Assembly: GCA_965112735.1 (NCBI GenBank)
Contig: OZ218951.1
Span: 4,712,001 to 4,776,000, forward strand
Length of the DNA: 64,000 nt
Direction: 5' to 3'
From: Phaeosaccion multiseriatum
Lineage: Eukaryota > Protista > Ochrophyta, other classes
Shown here: positions 11,251 through 23,881 of the stretch, piece after piece
How the letters are laid out: every line of letters begins with the position of its first letter
Position numbering within the stretch: the stretch's first letter is position 1
The notes under the pieces: model-generated
Database searches by the model: none
What the model was told of the DNA's origin: nothing
Seen by the model: the letters and a program-made list of their open reading frames with translations, nothing else
Translations under genes and position numbers: made by a program

Positions 11251-13775
11251 ATGGCTCGCAAAAGCAACGTGCTCCTTGGCCTTCTCACCGGCATCGCGTT
11301 CACGTGGAACCCAGCCTCGGCAGGCACCTGCGTCATCGTGGGTGTGGTGATGGACGAGTCAGGCAGCATGCGCGGCGCACAGGAGTGGATCTCGACGGAC
11401 GTCCTCCCCAAGCTCTTCACCGACATTTCCTCTGAGGGCTTCGGCCCCAACTACCTGTGCAGCATTGGGTTTGAGAGGGAGCCGAGGAACTTGGGCTGCG
11501 GCGAGTGGGACGCGGCGACGTACACCAACCCCTACCAGACCGCCGGAGGAGCGATAGAGGATGGGTACCTCGCCATCGCATTCGCCGACGGTGAAGTGGA
11601 CGCCCTCCCAGTCGACTCGAGGTGTGTGTATAGGCGTAGTAGAGGCAGAGGTGCCTGTTTTGCCTTATGCACACAGTATCATAAAGGGGATGGGCAGGGG
11701 GAGCGACTGAGTATAGTTTTCCTGCTGCTAGCTACTCTCATCCATTTCCCTCTCTCGCTTCAATCGCTCACGCCTGCTGGCAGCTGCGACGCTACCATTC
11801 GCGTGGGCATTCTGGTCACGGATGAGGAACGCACTGCACTAGTATCTTCAACAGACACTCTCGGTGAGTTCAATTGTTTTGGAACGCCTTTTTGGCTTCT
11901 CTCTCTCCCTCTCTCGCTGTGTGTGTGTATGATATACTATGTGGCTGTGCGTCGCTAGACTTGTTCGCCACTCTAACCCTACTTTCGAACGCTCTTGCGG
12001 CCTCCAGCCACCACCACCGCCCTGCTGATCGAGGACGGGTGGATCATGAACACCGTCGTCGACAACGTCGAAAGGTAAGCTTGGTAACGACATGCTGGGT
12101 GGGCGAGTCAGCGTTAGCAGTTTATAAGCCAAGCAAGCCGGGAAAGCCTCCTTCCGTCGTCGTTGCGACACAAGCAGCAGCTACAATGCAGCAAGCAACA
12201 CCCGATCGCCTAACCACCAGACCCCCTCACCCCTCACCGACATGCACGCACAGTTCTGGCTCCATCCTTGGAGCTACGCAAGAGCCCATCCCGAACGAGG
12301 GTGATGTGGAGACGTACACCACCTACTCCTCCGACGGCTCGGGGCTCTTCGTAACCACAGCAGACGTCACCCAGTTACCTTTCAGGTTTGGGGGCGGTGT
12401 TTATGACTATGCACCACTCGCCTACGCCACGGGGGGTGGCGTGTGGAATCTGAATCTCCTTGACAGCGGAGGTAAGGAAATTGGGCTGTAAGGGAGTTCG
12501 GGGAGCCCTCTCTTGGCTGTCTCTCTTCTCCCTTGCTTAGCTTGCCCACCTCGCTTCCCCTCTTCCCGCTCTTGCCCACTGATAGCCACTGCTGCTGCTC
12601 TTGCTGCTACGTGTGTCTGCGTGTGTGTGTATTCGGCTTCGACCCGTGCAGGGATTCTGGCTCAGGCCTTCACGAAAGCCTTTATCTCCATCAAGATCCA
12701 AGAGATCATCGCGGTGGCCCCCACCCCTTCACCCACTCCGGTATGTGGGGGCTAGTGGTACAGTCCTCCGCCTGCTGTTTCCTCCCCTGTCTGTCCTCCC
12801 TCTCTCCCTGACTGGTGGTTGCGTGGCTTGGTTGCTTGTTGCTAACCCCTGCGCCATGCTCGCCCCACCTCCGCCGCTATTACTCCCGGCCACACGGCCT
12901 TCCATCAATCGTCTGCCATTCTCAGGCCCCGACCTACCCCGCTCCGACGCTCGCCCCAACGGTCGCACCCACCACCATGCCCACCGGGAGCCCTATCCCC
13001 ACTCCTCCTCCTACCTACCCGACCACACCCCCCCCTACCCCAGGTACGAAAACTGTGATTTGATGCCTTCCTCAATCAATCACGTTCAAGCGGCACCACC
13101 ACTGCTGCTGCCTTGCGTTTCCGCTCACAATGCCTGTCTCCTCTCTCACCCAGCACTGAATCACACCCATGCCCCCCACCGCCCCCCCCGCCCCCTCTTG
13201 TGTCCTCGCCTACCCGCGCAGAGGACTGCCTGGACCAAGACTGCACCCAGTGCCAGAACATGTGCGGCGCCCAGGGTCTCACCTGCTTCATCGACAACTC
13301 CTGCTCCGGCCGCAGCACGAGCCGCTCATATGCGGCCCGCAATCAACAGGGGTGCAACCTCTTTGGTATGCCGACCTGCCGTAGGTGCGACATGCTCTCT
13401 GGCGACGCCAGCTGCCCCGCGGACACCAGCTGCCCCCCCAAGCCCGGCTGTGACAACCCGCCCACGCTAACGCCGACCTACGTCGCCACTCCTCCTCCCA
13501 CCTACGTGCCCACCCCTCCTCCTACCTACCTGACCACACCCCCTCCTACCCACCCTCCGACCTACGCGCCTGTCCCGGACGAGTGCGCCGCTGCCTGTCT
13601 CGCCGCCAACCCCTACGAGCCCTGCGTCTTCGACAAGACGTGCCCCGGCGGCGAGTCGCCCCCCCCCGGACAGTACGAGGACAGCGGCCTTGGCTGCGGG
13701 GCCTTGATCAAGAAGGTTTCCACGAGTGAATGCCGCTATTGCGGTTTCGGCCGCTTCCAGGCTTGCCCCGTTTGA
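11251..13775 (+). CDS. Secreted vWA (MIDAS) domain protein with Pro/Thr-rich linkers and two Cys-rich modules
   Basis: Signal peptide MARKSNVLLGLLTGIAFTWNPASA, VGVVMDESGSM (DxSxS), GAIEDGY, ILVTDEER. Exons 11251-11621, 11784-11863, 12008-12074, 12254-12471, 12652-12740, 12926-13043, 13222-13775 join in frame. TPPPTY repeats and C-terminal ...GLGCGA...CRYCGFGRFQACPV*. Confidence 0.85.
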
Positions 13776-14440
13776 GGTGGTGTCGGGCGGCGTCAACTCA
13801 TACGATAGTTGAGATGTGGTCGGGAAGGGGCAGCTTGCGTTTTGAGTACTGTATCTGGTGACTCCAGACTCCGTGTTTGTATGGAATACCGTATTATCTC
13901 TCTCGTTTATGTAAGTAGTAGTAGGATGTGAAGGAAGGGCCAGGCATCGGACAATGCATGCATGGTGGCCTATTGTACAGCGCCACTATCCGCCAGCCGT
14001 GGTCGTTTTAAGATAGACACATAGTTAAGCTAATACAGGCAAGGCAGGGGCTGCTAGCTAGGCTTGCTTTGGGTTTCTCTACCTTGTCATTTCCATCGTT
14101 ATAGTACCAGCGCGTGTACGGAACTTTAGAGGAGAGGAGGGGGACGGTTGCCTTTCCAGTAGGGCGGCGACGAACTTCAAGTTCAGAAACGCCACAAAAA
14201 ATGGCGACGCCCGCACGGCGCCGCTAGCCGCCCCCCCCCCCCTCTTCCTGAATAGGCTAACGTAAGCTACTTGTCCTCCCAGTACTACTACTTGTGAAAG
14301 GGGTCCTCCCCTCGCGAGAACTTCAGAGGTTCATTTGACGTTTAGCATGCTATTTGCATTTTGCATCCTGAAGAGCCGAGCCCGTGAAAGGATCGATCGA
14401 AGGATCGAAGAGAACATTAAGTTTCGTTTGGCTGGTGCTG

Positions 14441-16047
14441 TTACGTTCGGCAAGGAGCCAACCCGGGAACGTCTAGCCACCCCCCGGGGTGTGCTGTTGT
14501 AGAGCGCCTCCTCTTCCTCCCAAGCTTCCCGGCTTTGTTGGTTCTGCTGCTCCCATTCCCCCTCTCACTCTCCCTCCCACTCCCACTCCCACTCCCACTG
14601 CTGCTGCTACTGCTGCTGCTGCTGCAACTGGCGGTGCTGTTCGTGTGGCTGCTATCGCCAATACCCTCCGTCGCTGCTGTATCACCAACTGCTCCTCCTA
14701 CTCGCTGCCATTTGCTGCGACGACTCCAGTCCGAAGAGGCGGCCACTGCCGCCCTTGCGCTCCTTGCTGCCTCTCCCCTCGCCGTGACGGAAGGCGGGGC
14801 CGCTACCGGCAGGGGAGTGAGCACGGGGAGGGCAGCAAAGGCTGCAGCGGCCGCAGCGTCGTGGCTGCTTCGAGGCATCAGACTCCGAATGTGCTGCTGC
14901 TGCTGCATGAGGCGCCGCTTCTCCTCCACACCCCCAGCTGCCAAGGCCCTGTTGGCCCCAGCCGTCCGCCGGGCCTCTCTTCGCTCTCGCTTGCGCTTCA
15001 GAGCTCTGTCGCTCCGCTTCTTTTTCTTGTTCTCGTCTACTCCTCCTCCTCCTCCTCCTCCTCCTCCTCCTCCTCCTCCTCCTTCTCCTCCTCCTCCTCC
15101 TCCTCCCTCGGGATGTTGCTTCACCCGCGATTGACCCTCCCTTTGCTCCTGTTCTTGCTGCTGCGCTCCCACCCCGTCCACCACAGCCTCAGTGGAGCGA
15201 CCTCCGCCACCTTGCTGCTGCTGCTGCTGCTGCACCGAAGCGTACTCAAGCTTCCGCTTCTTCCCCCTCCTCGCTTTCTTCCCCCCTACTGCAGTATCAC
15301 CAACTACTACTGCTGCTGCTGCTGCTGCGCCGCCCTTCTCCACCTTGACCGGCTCCATTTGGGCTGCTGCAAAAGAAACAATTCCAGCAGCTCCAGTTGG
15401 CGATACAACACCCCCCCCACCACCACCACCAGCACCAACACCCTCACCAGCACCACCGCCATTAGCTGCCATCCCCCCCGCTGCATGCAGGGCCTCAAAG
15501 AGCTCGGAAACTGCAAAGCCCGGAATGGCGTCGGCAATCTCGTGTAGACACGTGTCAAAGATTCGCAGGCATACGAGGGCGTCAGAGGCGGCGTACTCCA
15601 GTTGAGCGTAGCGCAAGGGTCGCTGACCCCAGTCACTGCACTGTTGTTTCTTGCGTAGGTTGCAGTGCAAGTAGCTGTTTTGTTGTGTATGTGTGTGGAG
15701 AGAGAGAGAGAGAGCGGCGAGGGGGGGGGGGAAGGGGGGAGGGAGAAGGAGAGGGAGGAGGGGAGGGGGGGGGGGAAGGGGGCGCGTGAGGGCGAGGGCG
15801 AGGGAGACGCCTTTGTGATCGGCCGGTAGCGGGTTGGTTGGTTAGTAGGCCCTTGCTGAAAGTAGAAATACCAGTCACTGGAGGTGGGCCTCACCCCCCC
15901 CCCTCCCCCAGACCTCCTGTTTCATGCCGCCCATCGTGGACGGTGCGGGGTAGCAAACCCTTCCCCACCACAACCCACGCAGAGTGATCCTCTGGCACCC
16001 GTCCCGGCACTGCTACTGCACACACGTGTGTGGGCGGCGTGTGTGTG

Positions 16048-16129
<82 letters not shown>

Positions 16130-16895
16130 GTGTGTGTGTGTGTGTGTATGTCACGTACATGAGGGTGAGGGCCTTTAGCGAGACCATGTGCGTCACGGAG
16201 GGCTGCAGCGTCCTGTGCAGCGAGTTGGTCTCGCACACACATTCCATGCCCTCAAACGCCTCCACTTGAGGGTAGAAGTCATGCAGCTCTCGAAGGTCCT
16301 GTATCAGACCCTGCCCCACTTTGATGCACTCGCGGGAGGAGAAGGGCAGGAGGAGGGCGTGGTTCACGGCGGCCGCTTGCGTGGGAAGGAGGGCGAGGAG
16401 GTCGAGTATGAAGACCCACTCTTCGCCTCGTGCGTCTCTGGTTGCGATCTGTGGCGGTGGTGACATTGGAGCAGTAGAAGGAGGAGGCGCAAGACGTGAA
16501 TATAAAGTTTGTGCGCAAGACCTTCTTTCCTTTCCCCGCATTGCTGCATGGGAAGCACTCACAAGCTACGGCAAAGGAACCAACCAACCGCTCTTCCTCC
16601 CTTCAGACAGAACTCGGAGGAGCACATATAGTCAAAGCTCTCAACGAAAGCCCAGGGCTTCTCTTCTCCTCACCTGCAGGAGAGCGGTGGGGTTCTGTTT
16701 CTGACCCTTCCTGAACTGCGGCTTGGTCTCCGTGTCCAGCCCCATCATCGCAGCGGCGTGCAGGTAGGGCGTGCTGGCTTGGAGAGACTCGAGCGAGTCC
16801 ACCATAATCAGCCTCGCGGTCGGCAGGTCGAATTTGAACGGCAGCGCCAGCTTGGCCGCTGCCTCCATCTCTCTACGGTTCTTCCATGTAGCCAT
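14441..16895 (-). CDS. DEDDy 3'-5' exonuclease (WRN-exo / EXD / Mut-7-like) with long low-complexity C-terminus
   Basis: Exons 16895-16674, 16448-16159, 15674-14441. ExoI MGLDTETKP followed by TALLQ|IAT, ExoII KVGQGLIQDL, ExoIII SDWGQRPLRYAQLEYAASDA. Basic NLS-like stretches in the tail. Confidence 0.9.
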
Positions 16896-17200
16896 GATCT
16901 CCTCTATCCACCCCCTCCAAGGGTGTGTTTTTGTCAATTAATGGTTCCACTTTCTCGGACCGTGAAAAAAAATGCGTAGACTGCCATCTCGTTATTGCCG
17001 CCCACCGCCCACGCCCCCCCCGTCACTCCCAATTCAATTCAATCAATTCAAAGGCCCTTGAAGCAACAGGGTTAACAAGCTCACCCACCTCACACTCACC
17101 CCCTCTCACAACGATCGCTACAATTACGCCTTCCACAAACTGCAGTGTCTCACGTGCCGAAAGGCCTCCACAATTTACTTTGCTGCAGTCGTGAGCAGCA
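16896..17200. promoter_or_regulatory. Putative bidirectional promoter region (305 bp between divergent ATGs)
   Basis: Exonuclease ATG at 16895 (-) and KH-SAM ATG at 17201 (+). Inferred from geometry only. Confidence 0.5.
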
Positions 17201-18518
17201 ATGTCCCACTCTAGCCCGCAAATGCAGAGGCTGGAGGACGCCATTGCCTCGGGAGACCAAGCCCTCCTAAGGAAGGAGATCGAGGCAGTGAAGGGAGTTC
17301 CTGGGATAAAGGCCCACCGAAAGAGGGCGCAGCGGAGATTGGCCGAGATTTCAAAGTGTCAAGCGGGAGCAGCTCTGAACTTGGAACAGTGTGCGTTACC
17401 TGCGGATGTGCAAGCGACGGCATCTTCCGGTTGCAATGGGGATGAAGGTGTTGTGGATTTCGATCAACCTGGAAGCTGTCCCCATTTCCTTATTTGGAGC
17501 TTTGGCGACGGCGGTGAGGCCTACGCGAGCATCCACCCCGCCATTAGTGGATGGATTATTGGGGAGAGAGGAAGCACACTACAAGGGCTCAAGGACCAAA
17601 CGGGGACCTCTCTCTTTCTCGAACCTTCGAACTGGAAGCTGGTGATGCGGGGAGAGAATGTAGACGTGTGCCGCAAGGCCGCGGTGCTGATTGAACAGCA
17701 TATTCGCCAAGCACCCTTTTACGTTTCCTCTCTGCAGACCCGAAGCAATACCTTCTTCACCCGAACTCTACAGGTACGAGAAGAAATGACTGAACAACCA
17801 GCCCCTTTGCTTAATCGCCCTTGCCCCAGCGTGTGTCTCGGTCTCTTTCCCCTTTCTCATGGGGGGGGTTTGGTGTGGGGGTTTGAATCAGCGTCGCTGC
17901 GCCTGAGGGAGGGCAGGCGGTCGGGGGGGGGGGGGGGATGGAGGGCCGACGTTGAAGTCATGCCGGGGGAGGGTTGTGCTGTGACTGATGCATTTTGGCT
18001 GCCGCCGCGTCTGCCGCTGGGCGGGTGGCAGGAGGGCGGAAGTGGGTTGGCGGAGGTGCCATGTCAAGAGTAAAGCAGCCGAAGGAATGGACGTTCCTCC
18101 CCCAAGTCCTTTCTGCTCTCTCCCATCCCCCGCACCCACTCCACTCCTCCCATCTGACCCGCCTCGCCCCGTCCCGCTCCTTACGGTGCCTTATTTCCCC
18201 CCTGCCCATCCTCCTCTCCCTCTCCTCTCCGCTCCCACCCCAGATACCTGAAGCCTTGATCGGAAGCGTGTTTGAGCAAAAGTCCAAGTTTCGGCAAGAA
18301 AGCGGTTGTGATATATTGATCAACGGGACGTGCTATACCTGCAGCATGTCTGGTAGTGAATCCAGCGTGAACAAGGCCATAGACTTGGTTCAGGCGTTTG
18401 CTCGGGAACGACTGGGTACAGATTGCGTCTTTGCTCCCACGTTAGCACAGGTGGCTGCAAGACATGCATTGGAGATTGGGGTTGTCTCTCCACAACCACC
18501 GCAGCAGTTGGTGGTACA

Positions 18519-18549
<31 letters not shown>

Positions 18550-19827
18550 GAGCAGCGCCGGCGGCAGGAGCAACAGCAGCAGCAGCAGCAACACCAGCCG
18601 TCGGGCCTCATTACCACAGAGGCTCAGGCTGGCAGCAGTAGCACCAGCAGTAGCACCAGCAGCAGGGAAAGGCGTGGCAGTTGGGCCAACGTCGCCTCGA
18701 GCACACCTGCCTCCTCCGCCACCGCGGGTTCGATTCCTGCCCACGTCGGTGTCATTGGGGAAGCGAAGGAGCAGCAGAAGCAGCAGCAGTTGGTGGTACA
18801 AGCAGTACTTGACGAGGATGATAGTTGGAACCACGACTTTGCCCGCCTGGCTGCTTCTAGCAACGTTATTGCGCCTCGATCTTCCCCGTATACGCATCAG
18901 CAAGAACATGAGCAGCAGCAGCAGCAGCAACAACAACATCAAGAACATCATCAAGAACGACTACGACAACACCACCATCAGCAACACGTATTACAAATAC
19001 AACGACAACAGCTACAACGACAACAACAACACCACCACCAACAACAACAATACCATCTCGAGCCCGTATATCCAAACATGACGAGCGAAGCGACGACAAC
19101 GCCACCACTACCGGGGTTGGCAAGAAATACGCATACTTCATCATCACACACACACAACATGAACCATTTACCTATTACCGGAGAGACGTCTTCTTCTATG
19201 TCCGTTCTGCCGTTCACCGCGCCGACCCCTCCCAACGGCGGCCGAGGCGACGGTGGCGGTGCTACTACTACGCCTTCGCCTTCTTACTACGGTATGGGAC
19301 ACGGCAGCAACGGGACGACCCCTTCTGCAGTGAGCACTATCGGCACCACCTCCCCGGCCTCCTCGGCGGTCTCGTCGCCTCTCTACTACCGAGGCAACGA
19401 GGAGGAGGAAGGGGGGGAGGAGGGCTGTGGCAGTGGTGCTGGTGGTATCGGTGTGGGCAGCACCGCCCGCCAGCTTAGCAATCTCGACTTGAGTGATCAT
19501 ACTGGTTTTGGTGGTGTTGGTAGTGGTGGTGTGCTGCTGCGTTTGGTGTATGAGGAGGAGCCGGAGCAAGAGGAGGAGCAAGAGCAGCAGCAGCAGCACC
19601 ACCAGCAGCAGCAGGGGCTAGGCCCGGAGGAGGAGGAGGAAGTGCGACAGTTCATGGAGAGTCTGAAGCTGGGTAAGTGGCTGCCTGTGTTGGAGGCTTC
19701 AGGGCTCAGCATGGCCCAATTGAGCGTCGTATCCGAGGCTGATCTGACTCAGATGGGGCTGAAGAAGGGGCAGCGGGTGAAGCTGCTCAAGGCGCTGGAG
19801 GAGAGGAACAACAACAACAGCAACTGA
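17201..19827 (+). CDS. KH-domain + C-terminal SAM-domain RNA-binding protein (Bicaudal-C-like architecture) with polyQ linker
   Basis: Exons 17201-17773 and 18244-19827. KH1 IHPAISGWIIGERGSTLQGLKDQTG (GxxG). Degenerate KH2 LQ|IPEALIGSVFEQKSKFRQESGCDI. SAM VRQFMESLKLGKWLPVLEASGLSMAQLSVVSEADLTQMGLKKGQRVKLLKAL. Confidence 0.82.
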
Positions 19828-20182
19828 CGAGGACGGCACACAAGCAAACAAGACAGACAGATGTACTGACGAGGAGGGCAGACAGGCTTTACTACGGTCA
19901 TGGGGCTTGCCCCCTTAGGGTTGGGGTTTACAGTCGAGCTTAGGGCTAAGGGTCGAGTCTAGGGGTGGGGGCCAGGTTAAGCATGGGGTGAGAGGGGAGG
20001 GAGGAGGAGGCAGGTCGGCGGGGGACTTTAGTAGGAAAGGAGGGAGGGAAAAGGACCGTACCCGCATCGACATACCCGGATCGACATGTGCGGCTTCTTC
20101 TTCTTCCCCTGTCCTGTCGTTCTGCTGGCATCAGCTTCTGCTTCCGCTTCCTGCCCCTGTTGCTCCCTGCTGGCCATGGACT

Positions 20183-20212
20183 TGATGGTGGTGGTGATGA
20201 TGATGGTGATGG

Positions 20213-20270
<58 letters not shown>

Positions 20271-20277
20271 AATGATG
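20183..20277. repeat. (GAT)n microsatellite
   Basis: Direct reading. Confidence 0.95.
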
Positions 20278-20745
20278 TAGTGATGTATGTTGTGGGATGG
20301 GAGAGGGGATGTTCTCCTCGAGAGGACCGAGGCGTGTGTGCGTGCGTTCGTGCGTGCGTGCGTTGTACGTACTGTGCGTGTTGGAGCACAGGAACGACGA
20401 TACATAATGGAAGAAAGCAGTTTTCTGTGGAACGTGATGACCCAGGACAATGCGATAGATGGATAAGGGGAAAGAGGAGAAGGAGTCGTGAAGCGACGAG
20501 AGAGAAGGAGAAGGAAAAGAGAAAAGAGGGTAGGATGGCACTGGATGTGGCCCTCCAATGTCACAGGGTTATTGAAAGGGGGCGGGGCTGCAGCGGGGTT
20601 GGGCGCTCGCGGCGCATTCCTCTGATTACTCTGCTTCCCTCCAGTCTTTTTCTCTTGGGAAGGGGAGCTTTGTGGAGGGGAAAAGACCAGCGGACCCTTC
20701 GATACAAACACCTGTCTTTCCTGATTGATCAAGTTGATTGACGGC

Positions 20746-22829
20746 ATGGTTAAGGCGTTGCTGTTGCTCACGGTGGCGGGCGTGGGGGCGGTCAGCGCCC
20801 TCGCTTCTCTACTCATTGCCTTCGCCTACCGGCATTCGACCGGACCGTCACCAGGGCCAGCCTCCATCCCTACCCCGGCCCCGACAGCTCCCCCCATTCC
20901 GCTGACGCCTTTGCCCTACAATGAGCAGCTGGCCTTTGTGGGAGCCGTGCTGAGCTCCGCAGCCTACGAGAAGGACATGTGCCAGAACTGGACCTTCCCT
21001 AACCCGGTCTGCACGGACATCCTGCCGGGCTACACCACCATTGACACCTTCGGCAATGAGATGGACCCAGGAGGCGGTCTGGTCCACGCCTACGCCTTTG
21101 TTGGGGTGCAGGAAGGAGGGGATTGGGGTCCAGGCAGCGACGGAGCGGTGGTAGTGGGCTTCAAGGGCACGAGGTGTGTATTTGGTCCACCTGTCTTCTG
21201 TTGTTGTTGCTGCGAGGAGTGACGAGTCATTCATTTAGGCAAGGGGGCGGGGGGAATAAGGACGCAAAGCCATCTTTCCCTTAAGCAGAGCCACAGTTCT
21301 CTTCCGACTGATGCGCCGCGCACCTCTTCCTAATGCAAGGCACCACACTTGACTGTATGTGTTCCTCATCCCCTCCCACTCCCTTGCATCCGGCTCCGTT
21401 CTATTCCGTTCCTTCCTTCAGTGATTACGCAGACTGGGTGGCGGACCTGACCACGTGGCTGCGATTCAACAGGGACTGCAAGCTAGGTGTCCCTGGTAAC
21501 GGCACCACAACCACCAGCAGCAGCAGCAGCAGCACCACCCCCAGCAGCAGAACACCGCCTACTACCACCATCACCACCACGACCACCAAGCGAAAGCGAC
21601 GGGGTGCTGAGGCAGCAGGAGAGGAGGAGGAAAACGAGGAGGAGGAGGAAGAGGAGGAGGAGGGGGTTTGGAACGGGCTCCAAGAGGACGAACGAGAGGG
21701 TGGAGCTGAGTGGTGGTGGGACGTGCGTCAGGTCGAGCAGCAGCAGCAGCAGGAGGAGGAATGGGAGGAGGGGGAGTGGGGCGAAGAAATCAACCTAGGG
21801 CGCGTGCACCACGGATTCTGCGACTATTATAAGGACCTTGCCGACCTGGGCCTGGCAGAGACCGTCGCCAAGTTAGCGAATGACCACCCCACCTACCGAG
21901 TCTTGTTCACAGGCCACTCCCTGGGTGGGGCTGCTGCTACCCTCGGGGCGGCGGATCTGGGCGTGAGGTTCGGCATTGCGTCGGAGAGGATCATGCTCTA
22001 CACCTACGGGGGGCCCAGAGTCGGCGACCTCGACTTTTCGCTCTTGTTGGAGGAGAAAGTCGGGTCTCTTTATCGAGTCATTCACAGGAGGGATGTGGTG
22101 CCCCACTTGCCGCCGTGCTGTCATAGTTGGCTCGGGCACTGCACCGAATCATCAACGTGTCCACTTCAGCCCCCGGAGGAAGTGTTTTATGACAACGATA
22201 TGAAGGCGGAGGACAGGGACTTTGTCATTTGTAGCAATAGCACAGGGGAGGACACGGAGTGCGATCACGGAGTGGATCTGAGCATTCTGGACCACATTTA
22301 CTACTTCGACATACGAATAGGAGGTGGGTAGGTGTCAGGAAAGTTGGAGTGTGTTCGTTTGTTTGTGTTTTTGTGTGTGTGTTGTGAGTGTGTCCGACTG
22401 TGTGTATGCTGGTCAAGTAGGACATTGGACACCAAATGCCCTTTGTATGTGAGTGTGTGTTGTATGTAATACCCCACCCCTCGCTCTGTGAATGCTTTAG
22501 CTTTCCTTAACCCTCGCTCTGTGAATACTTTTGCTTTCCTCACAGGCTTCTGCCGCTTCGACGTGAATGCCACGATGACACAAGCGCAGGAGGGGGGGAG
22601 GGAGGGGGGGGACGACGGGCAGCAGTTGGTGATACAGCAGGACCAGCAGGCCCTGCTAGCAGCGGAGGAGGATGCCCAGCAAGTATGCGCATTCAAGGGG
22701 TCCCCGGGGGTGCAGGCGCTCCTTGTAGATTTGGAGGCGTATCGACAGAGAGCGCACGGAGATTCGGAGGCATACGGGCATGGCAGCAACCTCCACGATG
22801 GGAGGGAGGACGAGGAGGGAAGGACGTAA
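20746..22829 (+). CDS. Class 3 (fungal-type) lipase with N-terminal signal/TM anchor
   Basis: Exons 20746-21173, 21422-22323, 22546-22829. VVVGFKGT|SDYADWVADL, VHHGF, nucleophile FTGHSLGGA, YTYGGPRVGD, RVIHRRDVVPHLPP, catalytic His DHIYYF. Confidence 0.92.
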
Positions 22830-23372
22830 TGGGTATGGATGTCGGCCGGGCTTGGCAGTTGGCAGGGTCAGCAGTTGGTGACACGGCAGCAGCAGCAGCA
22901 GCAGCAGCAGAAGCCGTATCAGCAGCAGCAGATGGTAGTCGATGGACTGCCTCGTCCCACACCTTATGTATGTAGAGAGATTGGTTGTACGTAGTCGAGG
23001 TATCACATAATACGGGAGGTGGAGGGGAAAGGGGGGGGGGGGGGGGTAATAAGGAGGAGCGCAGAGGGACTTAATCACTGGAGGGAGAAGGAGGGACTCA
23101 GTAACCGAAGGGAGGAGGGGTGGGGGGCGGCGGAGAATGAGGGGGAGCGGTGAGGGACTCAGTCACCGGAAGGAAGCTTCCCCCCACGCCACACGCTGGG
23201 GTGTTGGAGTGGGTGAAGGAATGTATCAATGTACAGAGAGAGGGAGATGGAGAAGCAGACGAGTTGGTGGTCTGACCTGTTGGTGTCAGCAATCATCTCG
23301 TGTAACAGTAGCATGTATTTGAGTTGAGGGTTTGTATCCTATTTCTGCTCCTCCTCCTTCCCCTATTACTAT

Positions 23373-23408
<36 letters not shown>

Positions 23409-23437
23409 CGCGACTGTTGGTGCTGCTGCATCACCAA

Positions 23438-23470
<33 letters not shown>

Positions 23471-23501
23471 TTGCTGTATCGCCAACTGCGGTATCACCAA
23501 C

Positions 23502-23535
<34 letters not shown>

Positions 23536-23643
23536 GCTGTGGTTCCCCTCCGCTACTTGGTGTCACCTGCTCATTGTTCACTCATGTTCGTCAGTACCTT
23601 GGCGCCAGTACTTGGTGTCAATCAGTCCGGCTAAGTCAGTGAG

Positions 23644-23849
23644 TCAGTAGATGTTGAAGAGCATACTCCCTAGGCCCTGATCATCGTCCGTGTCGAAGAG
23701 GTCCACGTCGGGGGGCACTGGCGTGCATACCTCCTGGAAGAAGAAATTGCGCAGGGTGAAATCGGGCAACCGAAATTGCTCGTTTCTGTGTTCGTGGGTT
23801 TGTGTGTGTGGGAGGGTGGGGGGGCAGGTAGGGTGGGTGAGTTTGGTGG

Positions 23850-23881
<32 letters not shown>

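Noticed and set aside
19905-19965. TTAGGG-like words suggesting an interstitial telomere
   Set aside because: Only two exact hexamers, non-tandem; too weak.
23324-23650. Poly-L/A/Q ORFs between the lipase and ARM genes
   Set aside because: (CTG)n-type repeats in the ARM 3' UTR/intergenic region with no domain content.
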